Shown here piece after piece: positions 25,001-38,599 of a stretch of DNA of 64,000 bases (position 1 is its first letter; each line of letters starts with the position of its first letter). Origin of the DNA: Takakia lepidozioides. Its lineage: Eukaryota; Plantae; Bryophyta. Made by a program: the position numbers and the translations under genes. The stretch covers positions 59,086,001-59,150,000 of the forward strand of contig CM060732.1 in assembly GCA_030704615.1 (NCBI GenBank), in the 5' to 3' direction. The notes beneath the pieces are model-generated. The model worked only from the letters and a program-made list of their open reading frames with translations, was not told where the DNA came from and searched no databases.

Positions 25001-25583
25001 TCCTGGCAACGGGAGCTTGCTCATAAATCCAAACGTTCTTTTTTTCTGCCCTAATCGTACACAGGCTCTGATACCACTTAAAACAACCCTGAGTTTTGAC
25101 AGGAATCACTCTGAACAGTCTTTTTACAGTTCAGGTCTTGATGGAACCATAATCACAAGATCTACACAGCCCTTTTGAAAAAAAGGTGAACCATAGTCCC
25201 TGTCCTATAAAAGCCAGTGACTATTTCAAGATTAACCAACTCTAATATGCACAGCACCGGTTATCACACCCGGTCCACCCAGCCGCCACACCGTGCCTAA
25301 CTCATGCATCAGTTCTATCAGATCCTAGTGTCCTCCAAGCCACCATCCTCAATCATTTTCTCCTCTCCTCGTGTCTGCCAGAACCGCCGCTCTTTCTTCG
25401 TGTATAGGTGACCTTCACCACCTATTGACCTCCTTGGCAAGTGATCAGTACTCAAAGCTGGCAGTTGTCTCTCCAAACCTTCACGTGACACTGCTCCAGC
25501 TTTCCCCCACCTGCCATTCACACCGCCCCATGGCCTTTTCCACCCAGAAGTCATTCAGACTTGTTACCTAGAGGGCCATAACA
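22093..25583 (-). mobile_element. Partial copy of the chromovirus (5' LTR, PBS, gag, PR, RT, start of RH) inside the inverted duplication
   Basis: Mirror of 35120-38599. The LTR is at about 25079-25583 and the flanking sequence is the same as in the full copy. Confidence 0.9.
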
Positions 25584-26006
25584 TGAACAGTCAGGAAACT
25601 GTTGCAGAGCATCTGAGGTGTGCACATACTCCATTGTTTCGTCAAAGTACCGGTGACCATTAAAGATATATCTCACAGAAGAGCAGTGCTAAGAATGTAT
25701 GTAGGGGTTGTGGAAAGGCAGTCTAGCTCATTTGAATAATCACATCTCAAGTAGTCAAGTGTCACCATTTGAATGCACTCTTCATCTTACTGTTTGAGTG
25801 CTGATCTGTGGCTCGAGTAGTCAAGTGTCACCATTTAAATGCACTCTTCATCTTACTGTTTGAGTGCTGATCTGTGGAAGTGGGCAAGCAGCTATTTGTG
25901 GATTCAGTAGCATTTTCGTGAGGGCTAGCAACGACACATCCACCTTTGATCCCTCGACATGATTGAGTGTTGGTGCACTAAGTGTTGGGCATGGAAACCG
26001 CCGGGC

Positions 26007-26875
26007 GGCGCATCGTTGGCAGAGAACGCATATGGGCATTGGGCAGGCTTTCCAATCGGCGTGTCCTGTGTGGCTATGCTTATGGGTCTGAACCTGCTTG
26101 AGGTATGTATTGTACCGCTCACAAATGAAGGCAAATTGGGAAGGTGGAAAGAGCGACGTGGTGCTGTAGAAGCCTTCGCACCACAACCCCTTGACAATAA
26201 CTTGAGGTAGCAACAAGCACAGATGTGACCTTGATTGACAAGTGGGGGGCTGTGGGAAATACCACCAGGAATTTTGTACATCAGATACATTACACTGGAG
26301 CAACAAGAGAAACTGAATAAAAATTATGTGTACAAGCTGGAGAGGTAAGATACAACTTTTGCTTTCAATACTAATGAGGTCTTTTGGCAAATCAATTGCC
26401 ATCTTTCTTTGGCAACTTTGATGCGCAAGCTGCTGCAGCTAGCCTTCCCTCAAGTACGAACTCAGTATCCTTGTTTGCAGTGTCCAACATATTTTTGGTA
26501 TTCTGCCAGTCTAGGAAGTAGTGCCTGAATTATAGTAAAACAGACCCCAATGAAAGTTGTATCATGCTCAAAAAGATGTTTCATTTTATTGGCCAGGCAG
26601 ATTGGAGGAGTTTTGCTCATTGTCAGACCCATTCTTTTTGAACCCCTGTCGTGCAAGAAACTTCAACCTCTGTGATGGCTTGTAGTGAATGGATAGTTGC
26701 CGTGGGCGCCCAGGTCCAGAGCATTTAAGTCTGTATGATGGGGGATAACAGGGACTGACATAGGGGTACTCTCAAATTACAGGATCCACTTGTGGGGGGA
26801 ACTCTCCTATTGGCATATGCAACAGGCTATGTAGCACCACTTTTGGTTGCAGCCTCATTTGCTAGTGCCCTCCAG
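26007..26875 (+). pseudogene. CCDA: Captured exons of cytochrome c biogenesis protein CCDA (thylakoid thiol-disulfide transporter); mirror copy at 33828-34696 (-)
   Basis: Exon ...AYG..G.GFPIGVSCVAMLMGLNLLE|gtatg ends at 26102. Exon ag|[31 protein letters not shown]|gtaag spans 26783-26875. Other exons are absent. Confidence 0.8.
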
Positions 26876-28452
26876 GTAAGATCTCTCTCTCATACACTTT
26901 CTTGCAATGTCAAAAAAATTGGTAAGATATATGTACCGTTCAAAGGAAGTAACCTTATTGTGATGTTGCTTCTAATTGATGCTTTGGTATAATATTTGTT
27001 GAGTCAACAATCCAATTGGAAGGTGGGTAGATGAAGCTTGATCCCTTCCGTATCGCTTAAACTTTTTGGTGTTGTGGATGCAGCGGAGCGCTCTTGTTGG
27101 GAGGAGGGTTGTCTTCGTTCTTGACTCGCACCTTTCCAGAAACTTCCATGAGTATGATGAACATGAACATATAGAAAGGTGGGTGATCATCATTACAATA
27201 GACCCCCAATCGCGCCTATGGAACTGCAAGGGCTCAACTTCCCATATACATCTGGAGATGAACCGGCCAGTGCACATGTTAGGAATGCTATGCGTGGCAT
27301 AATTTGTTGGGTGGGATTGGTTGTGAAATGCAGCCCTTTTACCTTGGGAAAATAACTGTTGGGAAAATGGCAAGAGGGAAGAGAGGGATTGATTTCCGTG
27401 ATGTGCGTGTGCGAGAGAGTCTTCTACAGAAGTGATCCTTCAATTTCCATGATTTGAGGACCTGTCCCCACCTGTTTATTTCGCTCTCTAATGACTGTAT
27501 CTATCACATCACAGAAGTCATGTGACCTTAGGTGATGGCTGCTACCCAAACTGCAAAATTCCTGGGGATGACTGTCCTCTAAGAACGACCTCTGATCCCT
27601 TTTATTTGCTGAACAACTAGACCGGCCTTGAATATCTTTGGTCATCATATTGAGTGATACCATGACAGAAGCTAAAAATGTAGTATGTCGGTGCTCCTAC
27701 AAGTGCATGCATTTCCCTCCTGGATTTGCATGGGTGCCTGAAAGGACCATGAGCAATGCTCAAAGACAGGTAAGGTCCATGCGATAGTGAGGAGGCTTCA
27801 AAGAGTACCGGAACCATCGTCCACTCCAGTCCAAGATGCTGCACAAGTGCCCAACAGGCTGGGGCACGTGATTGCAGATGCAGGGGTGCATCGAGAGGTG
27901 GTCGAAGAGGGTACGCCTGGAACAAGCTCTGGACAAAAATTTCCATGCTATTGTGCAAGGTGCAAAGGGGCTTATATGTCAAAGAGGACTATATACAGGC
28001 ATATGAATTCTGAAGACGTATTCGTGAATGAGTTGGAAGAGGAAGCCCTCACAGCACCAATTCTTGACCCTCAAGACAACACATCTTCAGAAGGTGCACA
28101 TGGCCCTTCTTCTAGTGAGGAACATCCATCTTGCGAATTCGACCTTCAAGGGAGCATGTCCTCAGGTTCACCTGACCCTTCTTCTAGTGAGGCACCTCCA
28201 TCTTGTGAAGCTCGAGCTTTAACCCTGGAAGAAGCCCTTACCAACAAAATCGTAGAGCTTCAGGACAAGTGGGACGAAAGTCACGTACCCCATAATCTGC
28301 AAGACTTCATGTTACACGAATTATTTGGCTCATTGCAGGAAGAGCCCAAAGTTCTCGAAGATGGAAGTGTCGATTACAGTGCCTTATCAACTGGCAGATT
28401 GTTGACAATGGTTGGTTCAGAGGGATTCAGGGGGTTTGTACCACCGACTTCA

Positions 28453-28952
28453 NNNNNNNNNNNNNNNNNNNNNNNNNNNNNNNNNNNNNNNNNNNNNNNN
28501 NNNNNNNNNNNNNNNNNNNNNNNNNNNNNNNNNNNNNNNNNNNNNNNNNNNNNNNNNNNNNNNNNNNNNNNNNNNNNNNNNNNNNNNNNNNNNNNNNNNN
28601 NNNNNNNNNNNNNNNNNNNNNNNNNNNNNNNNNNNNNNNNNNNNNNNNNNNNNNNNNNNNNNNNNNNNNNNNNNNNNNNNNNNNNNNNNNNNNNNNNNNN
28701 NNNNNNNNNNNNNNNNNNNNNNNNNNNNNNNNNNNNNNNNNNNNNNNNNNNNNNNNNNNNNNNNNNNNNNNNNNNNNNNNNNNNNNNNNNNNNNNNNNNN
28801 NNNNNNNNNNNNNNNNNNNNNNNNNNNNNNNNNNNNNNNNNNNNNNNNNNNNNNNNNNNNNNNNNNNNNNNNNNNNNNNNNNNNNNNNNNNNNNNNNNNN
28901 NNNNNNNNNNNNNNNNNNNNNNNNNNNNNNNNNNNNNNNNNNNNNNNNNNNN
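28453..28952. other. Assembly gap (500 N)
   Basis: Run of N. Confidence 1.
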
Positions 28953-29989
28953 TTGTGTGCAGGTTTATAACACTGAAACAAGATTCAAGAATGAAGACAA
29001 CAGTGACCATTCTGATTTCAGTGACAAACAATCTCTCTCTCTCTCTCTTCACTCATTTCTCTTACTAACACCTTTCCATGTTCTGGTTTGAAGTCCAGAG
29101 TCTCCATTCCATTTCCAAAAATCTTTTCCTCTATCACATGTCTCCACCATTTCTCTTCTACCAAGATGCAGTCCTAAATCTACCAAAAGCAATTTCTAAG
29201 TTTCAACAAAAAAAGGCCAACAGTCCACAGACTTATCTGTTTTTATCCTCTAGTGAAGCGGTGGGTCTGCCTGTCAAGGTGGCACCTCGCCATCGCCTGT
29301 CAGTAGCCACTTCAACCTTTTCTCCTTGTCTTGATTCCAGTCTTTATCATGCCATGATGGCTCCTCTTCATCCCTTGGAACATCCTGTGGCTTGCCCACT
29401 AAATTGCTCTATGCAATTCCTTCTTACGAATCGACCTGGTCCTATAACAAGAAGACACAAAAGTAGCTAGAAGCTTGATGACAGAGAACGTGAGATGCCA
29501 TACAGCCAGCACTCCACATGTTTTATCCCCCCCATTGATTGTGCCCAGACTCTCTTCCTTGTGCTTCCAGCAGCTGGCCGTTTTCCTTTCTTGCTCATCT
29601 GCCCATAACTGTCATCTTCAAGGCAATGGCGGCAGCGGTGGTGCGCCGCTCTCCTTACATGCTCCTATCTCCTGGAATTGATCATCACTCCGAGAGAGGC
29701 GGCACCGCTTCCCTTTACACAGAATACCAAGCAGAGGCACTTAATGCCGCTTCCTAAACCAAGCAAAATCCCACAGCGTAGGTACAACCTCCCAACAACA
29801 GGCTGCCCTGCCAACACCACTGCTTGCAGCAGCTGCTACGAGTCACCCGTCATCTTCCTCTTTGTTTTTCTCAACCCGTGATTTTAGGTTAAGCACCAAT
29901 GATGAAAACGTTCATCGCATGGATGAAAATACGCACTGCCATGACTTAGCCATTTTTTCTCCTGGCAAAGCATAAGCTCAGTGTGCCCA

Positions 29990-32900
29990 TGAAATTACCT
30001 GCATGCAGGGATACATCCCTCCTGTAGTTGGGATAACGGGCACTCCTATTATGTGATGTAGGTCTTAACGGTAAAACAAAGATGTAATGTCACTCCCCTG
30101 CATTCACACTACAGTACAACCACCACACAGTCTTCATGCCATGATTCACACACTGTTAAATCCTCACCCATCACACGGCGTACATCCATGGGAACTTGAA
30201 GGTATTGGTGCACGTGTTTCAATGCTCTCCGATCCAGGAACAATCCATCATGGTCCAAATGGACTGCCTTGTGAACCGTTGTGAAGCATTTCCTGGCATA
30301 GTAATTGGTGTAAGTGACCTCACTGTTCAACTGGTTGGATGAGATGTTCACAACCCTAGAAACTTCGTTCTCAAATGAGTAGCACCAAAAAATGTCGTGG
30401 CATCCATGCCTTTCCACATCATCCAATAGCTCTCCGCTCCCTATACAAGGGCATATCACATATTAGATGACTCGTGCATTCTTCAAGCTCTGAGTTGTCC
30501 AACCATACCTTCGACTGTGTGTGTAAAACAACCTTCCAATCTCAGTGAGGATCATACCTATCCCACCCAAAATAGAGTCCAATCCCAGATTAAGATGATC
30601 CAACACGTGTGGCAAGCACCACATGACGAAGATCTAGTACTCCTCTGCCTTGTAGAATCCCAATGATTCTATACTCCTCGGCCACCTTGCCCCAAGTCCT
30701 GCAGGTCTCATGCATTACAGCTTCTATATCTTTCATCTTCCGATTTTCTTCGGCATATTTTACCAGCATATGAACGTACTTCTTGAATATACACAACGCC
30801 AAGGTGTGCATGACATCGTACGTCAAATCACGAGATACATCGAAGCCGTATAAATCATACAATCTCCAAAGACATGAATTCCCTGAAATGCCTGCTTCAC
30901 GAGCAACTTCTTCCTTTCTTCTGCCATCAGGTAGTTTCTGCCATTCTCTCACGGAGAGTGCCATGTTTTCCGCAAGCCACATGTCATGTGGGTGTCTCAT
31001 CTGCAATCTGTTGTCATGGTACTGAGTACTCCACCAAACCCCTGTTGGTAGATCTAGCCCGCCACCTGGATGCCATGTAGTGGCGTCAACAACCTGAGTA
31101 GCCCCCACTCTTCACTCCACCCACCTTGCACTGAGCAGGGTGGTCACCAGTCCAAACCATTAGCATGGCCCTCAAGGTAATTGAATCGGCATTGGAAAGG
31201 TGCTCGCTAATGAATCCCACAGGATATGAGTAGTGGACTGGGAATCCATCCACAAACATACGTTCCAAATCTGTCATCAGAGGCTCCAAGAATGTTGTCA
31301 ACACGTTGCCATCATCTTGTTGGATTAACTTTTCTGAGCTCGTAGGAATGAACATGACAGGCAAAGGATCCATTGTGTTGTCTTTACCAAAATTCTATAT
31401 CATCACGTCCACAGTCCAGCAGCTCTTGGGACTTGTCTTTGCTGTCGAAAAACCATCCCAATGCAGCATCGATCCGAAATTGCGTGGATCAAACAAGATT
31501 AAAATTGGACCTGGAAACATTTCAAAGAACCAAAGATACATATTAAATAAGGACACACCTACGGCTTGGAAGCAAAGAAATATATATCAATATGAACTGC
31601 AAATGACTTACCTTCAACATGCGCCTTGGGACATGAATCTGACTGGCACACTCCGAGCACGCGAAGGTGTAGTGGTCTGTCTCTGAATCCCAATGTTGAA
31701 TTACTTCCTTGCACTTTTTAGATGCAGGAAATGTCCTGAACACATAGGAACAATTCTTATTGGGACATATTACAGGGGCCTCCCACTCTGCCTCTGGGTT
31801 CCAGAAGGCCTGGTATTCACGAAACTTGCTCCCATCAAAATGCTCTTTGATATGCTCTGGCGAAAAACTAGAATCTTTTCCCAACCATCTGTCCCTGGCC
31901 CTCCACGTACTCAACATCTTTTCACAAATGGTCCTACTTTTGCATAGGCTTGCTAGCAGCGGTCCAATAGGTATGTAGTCAAAAGCTAGGATGTCTTTCC
32001 TCATCTGTGAGCAGATTGGACACCTGTCAGAATATCTTGCGCAGTCCCTTTTAAATTTCTTTCCAGAAGTAGGCTCACACCTACAAGGCACCATCTCAGA
32101 GCCTTCGTATGAATCCTCATCACTAGGTGGCATGAGGTGGGGAGCATGTGGTGTTTCTGTGTCCCCAGGTTACAAACGCCACCTCTCTCTCACTACCAAC
32201 CCAACCCTTTATACAAGTGACGAAGTTTTTTCCATGAAGTCGGTGGTACAAACCCCCTGAATCCCTCTGAACCAACCATTGTCAACAATCTGCCAGTTGA
32301 TAAGGCACTGTAATCGACACTTCCATCTTCGAGAACTTTGGGCTCTTCCTGCAATGAGCCAAATAATTCGTGTAACATGAAGTCTTGCAGATTATGGGGT
32401 ACGTGACTCTCGTCCCACTTGTCGTGAAGCTCTACGATTTTGTTGGTAAGGGCTTCTTCCAGGGTTAAAGCTCGAGCTTCACAAGATGGAGGTGCCTTAC
32501 TAGAAGAAGGGTCAAGTGAACCTGAGGACATGCTCCCTTGAAGGTCGAATTCGCAAGATGGATGTTCCTCACTAGAAGAAGGGCCATGTGCACCTTCTGA
32601 AGATGTGTTGTCTTGAGGGTCAAGAATTGGTGCTGTGAGGGCTTCCTCTTCCAACTCATTCACGAATACGTCTTCAGAATTCATATGCTTGTATATAGTC
32701 CTCTTTGACATATGAGCCCCTTTGCACCTTGCACAATAGCATGGAAATTTTTGTCCAGAGCTTGTTGCAGGCGTACCCTCTTCAACCACCTCTCGATGCA
32801 CCCCTGCATCTGCAATCATGTGCCCCAGCCTGTTGGGCACTTGTGCAGCATCTTGGACTGGAGTGGATGATGGTTCCGGTACTCTTTGAAGCCTCCTCAC

Positions 32901-33040
32901 TATCGCATGGACCTTACCTGTCTTTGAGCATTGCTCATGGTTGTAGAACGTCCTTTCAGGCACCCATGCAAATCCAGGAGGGAAATGCATGCACTTGTAG
33001 GAGCACCGACATACTACATTTTTAGCTTGAGCTTCTGTCA
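29990..33040 (-). pseudogene. CACTA/CMC-superfamily (TnpD-like) transposase, degenerate; 5' part duplicated at 27660-28452 (+)
   Basis: N-terminal CxC..CxxC..H (CYCARCKGA..RTIYKH); FDYIPIGPLL; FDGSKFRE; WDGFS; MVWTGDHPAQCKVGG..GYSGC; YDVMHTL; YKAEE; FWCYSFE. Multiple stops and frameshifts. Confidence 0.75.
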
Positions 33041-36000
33041 TGGTATCACTCAATATGATGACCAAAGATATTCAAGGCCGGTCTAGTTGTTCAGAAAATA
33101 AAAGGGATCAGAGGTCGTTCTTAGAGGACAGTCATCCCCAGGAATTTTGCAGTTTGGGTAGCAGCCATCACCTAAGGTCACATGACTTCTGTGATGTGAT
33201 AGATACAGTCATTAGAGAGCGAAATAAACAGGTGGGGACAGGTCCTCAAATCATGGAAATTGAAGGATCACTTCTGTAGAAGACTCTCTCGCACACGCAC
33301 ATCACGGAAATCAATCCCTCTCTTCCCTCTTGCCATTTTCCCAACAGTTATTTTCCCAAGGTAAAAGGGCTGCATTTCACAACCAATCCCACCCAACAAA
33401 TTATGCCACGCATAGCATTCCTAACATGTGCACTGGCCGGTCCATCTCCAGATGTATATGGGAAGTTGAGCCCTTGCAGTTCCATGGGTGCGATTGGGGG
33501 TCTATTGTAATGATGATCACCCACCTTTCTATATGTTCATGTTCATCATACTCATGGAAGTTTCTGGAAAGGTGCGAGTCAAGAACGAAGACAACCCTCC
33601 TCCCAACAAGAGCGCTCCGCTGCATCCACAACACCAAAAAGTTTAAGCGATACGGAAGGGATCAAGCTTCATCTACCCACCTTCCAATTGGATTGCTTAC
33701 TCAACAAATATTATACCAAAGCATTAATTAAAAGCAACATCACAATAAGGTTACTTCCTTTGAACGGTACATATATCTTACCAATTTTTTTGACATTGCA
33801 AGAAAGTGTATGAGAGAGAGATCTTACCTGGAGGGCACTAGCAAATGAGGCTGCAACCAAAAGTGGTGCTACATAGCCTGTTGCATATGCCAATAGGAGA
33901 GTTCCCCCCACAAGTGGATCCTGTAATTTGAGAGTACCCCTATGTCAGTCCCTATTATCCCCCATCATACAGACTTAAACGCTCTGGACCTGGGCGCCCA
34001 AGGCAACTATCCATTCACTACAAGCCATCACAGAGGTTGAAGTTTCTTGCACGACAGGGGTTCAAAAAAAATGGGTCTGACAATGAGCAAAACTCCTCCA
34101 ATCTGCCTGGCCAATAAAATGAAACATCTTTTTGAGCATGATACAACTTTCATTGGGGTCTGTTTTACTATAATTCAGGCACTACTTCCTAGACTGGCAG
34201 AATACCAAAAATATGTTGGACACTGCAAACAAGGATACTGAGTTCGTACTTGAGGGAAGGCTAGCTGCAGCAGCTTGCGCATCAAAGTTGCCAAAGAAAC
34301 ATGGCAGTTGATTTGCCAAAAGACCTCATTAGTATTGAAAGCAAAAGTTGTATCTTACCTCTCCAGCTTGTACACATAATTTTTATTCAGTTTCTCTTGT
34401 TGCTCCAGTGTAATGTATCTGATGTACAAAATTCCTGGTGGTATTGCCCACAGCCCCCCACTTGTCAATCAAGGTCACATCTGTGCTTGTTGCTACCTCA
34501 AGTTATTGTCAAGGGGTTGTGGTGCGAAGGCTTCTACAGCACCACGTCGCTCTTTCCACCTTCCCAATTTGCCTTCATTTGTGAGCGGTACAATACATAC
34601 CTCAAGCAGGTTCAGACCCATAAGCATAGCCACACAGGACACGCCGATTGGAAAGCCTGCCCAATGCCCATATGCGTTCTCTGCCAACGATGCGCCGCCC
34701 GGCGGTTTCCATGCCCAACACTTAGTGCACCAACACTCAATCCTGTCGAGGGATCAAAGGTGGATGTGTCGTTGCTAGCCCTCACAAAAATGCTACTGAA
34801 TCCACAAATAGCTTCTTGCCCACTTCCACAGATCAGCACTCAAACAGTAAGATGAAGAGTGCATTTAAATGGTGACACTTGACTACTCGAGCCACAAATC
34901 AGCACTCAAACAGTAAGATGAAGAGTGCATTCAAATGGTGACACTTGACTACTTGAGATGTGATTATTCAAATGAGCTAGACTGCCTTTCCACAACCCCT
35001 ACATACATTCTTAGCACTGCTCTTCTGTGAGATATATCTTTAATGGTCACCGGTACTTTGACGAAACAATGGAGTATGTGCACACCTCAGATGCTCTGCA
35101 ACAGTTTCCCGACTGTTCATGTTATGGCCCTCTAGGTAACAAGTCTGAATGGCATGTGGAAAAGGCCATGGGGCGGTGTGAATGGCAGGTGGGGGAAAGC
35201 TGGAGCAGTGTCACGTGAAGGTTTGGAGAGACAACTGTCAGCTTTGAGTACAGATCACTTGCCAAGGAGGTCAACAGGTGGTGAAGGTCACCTGTACACG
35301 AAGAAAGAGCGGCGGTTCTGGCAGACACGAGGAGAGGAGAAAATGATTGAGGATGGTGGCTTGGAGGACACTAGGATCTGATAGAACTGATGCATGAGTT
35401 AGGCACGGTGTGGCGGCTGGATGGACCGGATGTGATAACCAGTGCTGTGCATATTAGAGTTGGTTAATCTTGAAATAGTCACTGGCTTTTATAGGACAAG
35501 GACTATGGTTCACCTTTTTTTCAAAAGGGCTGTGTAGATCTTGTGATTATGGTTCCATCAAGACCTGAACTGTAAAAAGATTGTTCAGAGTGATTCCTGT
35601 CAAAACTCAGGGTTGTTTTAAGTGGTATCAGAGCCTGTGTACGATAAGGGCAGAAAAAAAGAACGTTTGGATTTATGAGCAAGCTCCCGTTGCCAGGATC
35701 GGAGAGTAATGTGCGGCGCAACTCGTACGACAACTCAGAAGAGATGGAACCTTCAGATGCTCGTAGCTCTCGGCGTAAGGAAGATCGCCAGGGTCAGCTT
35801 TTCTCAAATGCACAAATAGAAGCCCTAGGTGCACTCATTCGATCTGAAGTCCAGAAACTTCAACCAGCAAAAGAGAAATCGAGTGCGAAAAGAACCTTAG
35901 GGGCTTCACATGACGAATTGCAAATCTAGGCCGAATCACAATTCGACGCTAGCTCCTTGGAGTTCAGAGCCAAGAGAAACGAAGATGTAACTCGCGAGAT

Positions 36001-38599
36001 CAAACGAATGGTGAAGCTGCCGTTGTGGGTAAGACTTCTGCCAAGCCAGAAGAGATTTTGTCGTTCCTAGAAACACTCGAGGAATTCTTTGAAGAGGATT
36101 ACCCTGAAGAAGCAAAAATTAGAACGACAACCCTACAACTTCGGGATGCAGCAAAATTGTGGTGGTCTTGTCACAAAAAGGAACACCGTGAACATGGCAA
36201 ACCCCCAATTGATACTTGGGAGAAGTTTCGATCAGTGTTTCTGGCCCACTATCTCCCTGGAGATTACGCTCATAAGATGAAGGTTGAACTCTTCACCCTG
36301 AAACATGAAAGTTCTAATGTGGTGGAGTTCAAGACCAAATTCGAAATGCATGCCAGCTATTTTCCAACTCTCAGTGAAGATGACAGGGTGGATTTTTTTG
36401 TGGATGGCCTAAATGACTCTTTGAAATATAAGGTCAAAGCCCACAATCCCCGCACTAAGGTTGAAGCCTATAGATTGGCTTGCAATTTTGAATGTGAAAT
36501 CAAGGCACAGCGAGTGGCATACTCGGCTCGTGCAGGGGAAAATAAGGAGAAGATGACATTTTCTCCCAAGATCACCCCAGCAAGGAAGGGAAATGGAAGA
36601 GGTTCAAACCCTACAAGAACAACGACAATCAGAGACGACAGAAACCAACTGTTGGAAATCCACCGCGCCTAAGTCCCAGGGAACAGGAAGAACATCTTAG
36701 GAAGGGGCTCTGTTTCAATTGTCACAAGCCCGGCCATCGGTCAGCAGATTGTCCTGAACGCCAATTCCGACAGACTGCAGCCTTGGTAGTGGAAGAACCG
36801 TAACCATTACAGACCTCGGAAATTGTTTAGGATCGGCCACTGGAAAGGGTCCCAATATGAGGGTGTCAACTGCAGTTGTCGATGGTGTAGTGGCCTACAC
36901 CCACAATGTTATTCGAGTTCAGGGACAGGTGGCGGGGAAACCAACAATGTTGTTGATTGACACTAGTAGCACCCATAACATGCTGTCAAAGTCCTTTGCA
37001 GACAAGTTGGGATTGTCTCAGGAGGAGGTGCAGCCATCTCAGATTATGCTACCAAATGGTGGGGTGGAGACCACACAACAACATCTTTCAGTTGTGCCAG
37101 TTGTCATGCAAGGGGTGCACACGAAGGCAAATTTTGAAGTCTGGAACGGCGCTTGCTACGACTGCATTTTGGGGATGCAATGGCTTGACACTGTGGGTGC
37201 GATGGTGGCTTGCAAAGGTTGGTGAGCGGTACCTTACCCTTTGGCAAAACCTTTGAATTAAAAGGTACTCGAGCCCTCCCCAATGTTCCTCTGATGTCTG
37301 CTGTTCAGATGAAAAGGTGTGCGCGTAAGGGAAGTGGTCAGATTTTTGCCCTGAGCGTGCATGAAAGTCTGTCTGGATCAGATATTAAAAGTACATGAGT
37401 ACATGTCAGAACAGAAGCAATTCTGAATGATTATCGGGATATGTTTCCTGAGGAAATCCATGGAATGCCTCCTGTACGTGATATTGATCATGCCATCGAA
37501 TTGGTGGCCGATTCAATACCATTTGCACGAGCACTCTATCGGCACTCAATTGCAGAAACTGAAGAACTTGAAAAACAATTGAGTGACTTACTTGAGAAGG
37601 GGTATATTCGGGCTAGCAAATCCCCTTGGGGCGCTCCAATCATGTTCAGAAAGAAAAAAGATGGTGGGTTAAGACTGTGTGTGGACTATAGGTGAATAAA
37701 TAAAATGACAATCAAGAATAAATACCCACTTCCACGCATTGATGATATCTTTGATCACCTATATGCGAGTAAGGTCTTTTCCAAACTTGATCTGCGATCA
37801 GGTTACCACCAGATACAAATTAAGGATGCAGATATTCCTAATACTGGATTCCGATCATGCTTTGGCCATTATGAATATGCGGTAATGCCATTTGGACTTA
37901 CCAATGCTCCAGCTACGTTCATGCACTTGATGAACTCTCTGTTTTGAAAATACCTTGGCAAGATGGTTCTTGTCTTTATGGATGACATCTTGGTATTTTC
38001 TAAAATAGAAGAAGAGCATGAACAACATTTGAGAATGGTCTTGGATATCTTAAGGCAGAATCATCTGTTTGCAAAGAAAAGTAAATGTGAGTTCTTTGTA
38101 GATCATATGGACTATTTGGGATTTCATATCTCAAAGGATGGGGTGTCCATTGATTCAAAGAAGATTCAGGCTGTGGCCGAATGGCCCAAACCCAAAGATA
38201 AAATAGAAGTCAGAAGCTTTGTTGGGTTTGCTAGCTTTCTGCAAAAGTTTGTCAAATCATTCTCTCGCATTGCAACCCCGATAACTGATCTACTAAAGAA
38301 CTCCACTTCTAAAGATTGGAATGAAGCTTGGACTCCAGATTGTGATGTTAGCTTTGACAAGCTAAAGTTTGCATTGACTCATGCTCCAGTCTTGAAGCTA
38401 ATTGATCCTACCAAGAATGAGATAGTGCTTTGCACTGATGCGAGTGACCTCGCTATTGGAGCAGTATTGATGCAAAGTTGTCAGGTTATTGCCTATGAGT
38501 CCAGAAAGCTCAGTCCAGCTGAACAAAATTATCCTGTTCATGAAAAAGAACTTTTGGCTATGATTCACGCACTGAAGATGTGGAGGCACTACTTGCTTC
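32235..38599. repeat. Right arm of the inverted duplication
   Basis: See 22093-28452. Confidence 0.93.

Larger units (their letters stand above)
22093..28452. repeat. Left arm of a ~6.4-kb inverted duplication (partner 32235-38599)
   Basis: Reverse complement aligns continuously with 32235-38599, with scattered SNPs and indels. The arm runs into the N-gap. Confidence 0.93.

Noticed and set aside
27787-29091. Long ORFs spanning the N run
   Set aside because: Artefacts of translating through the gap.
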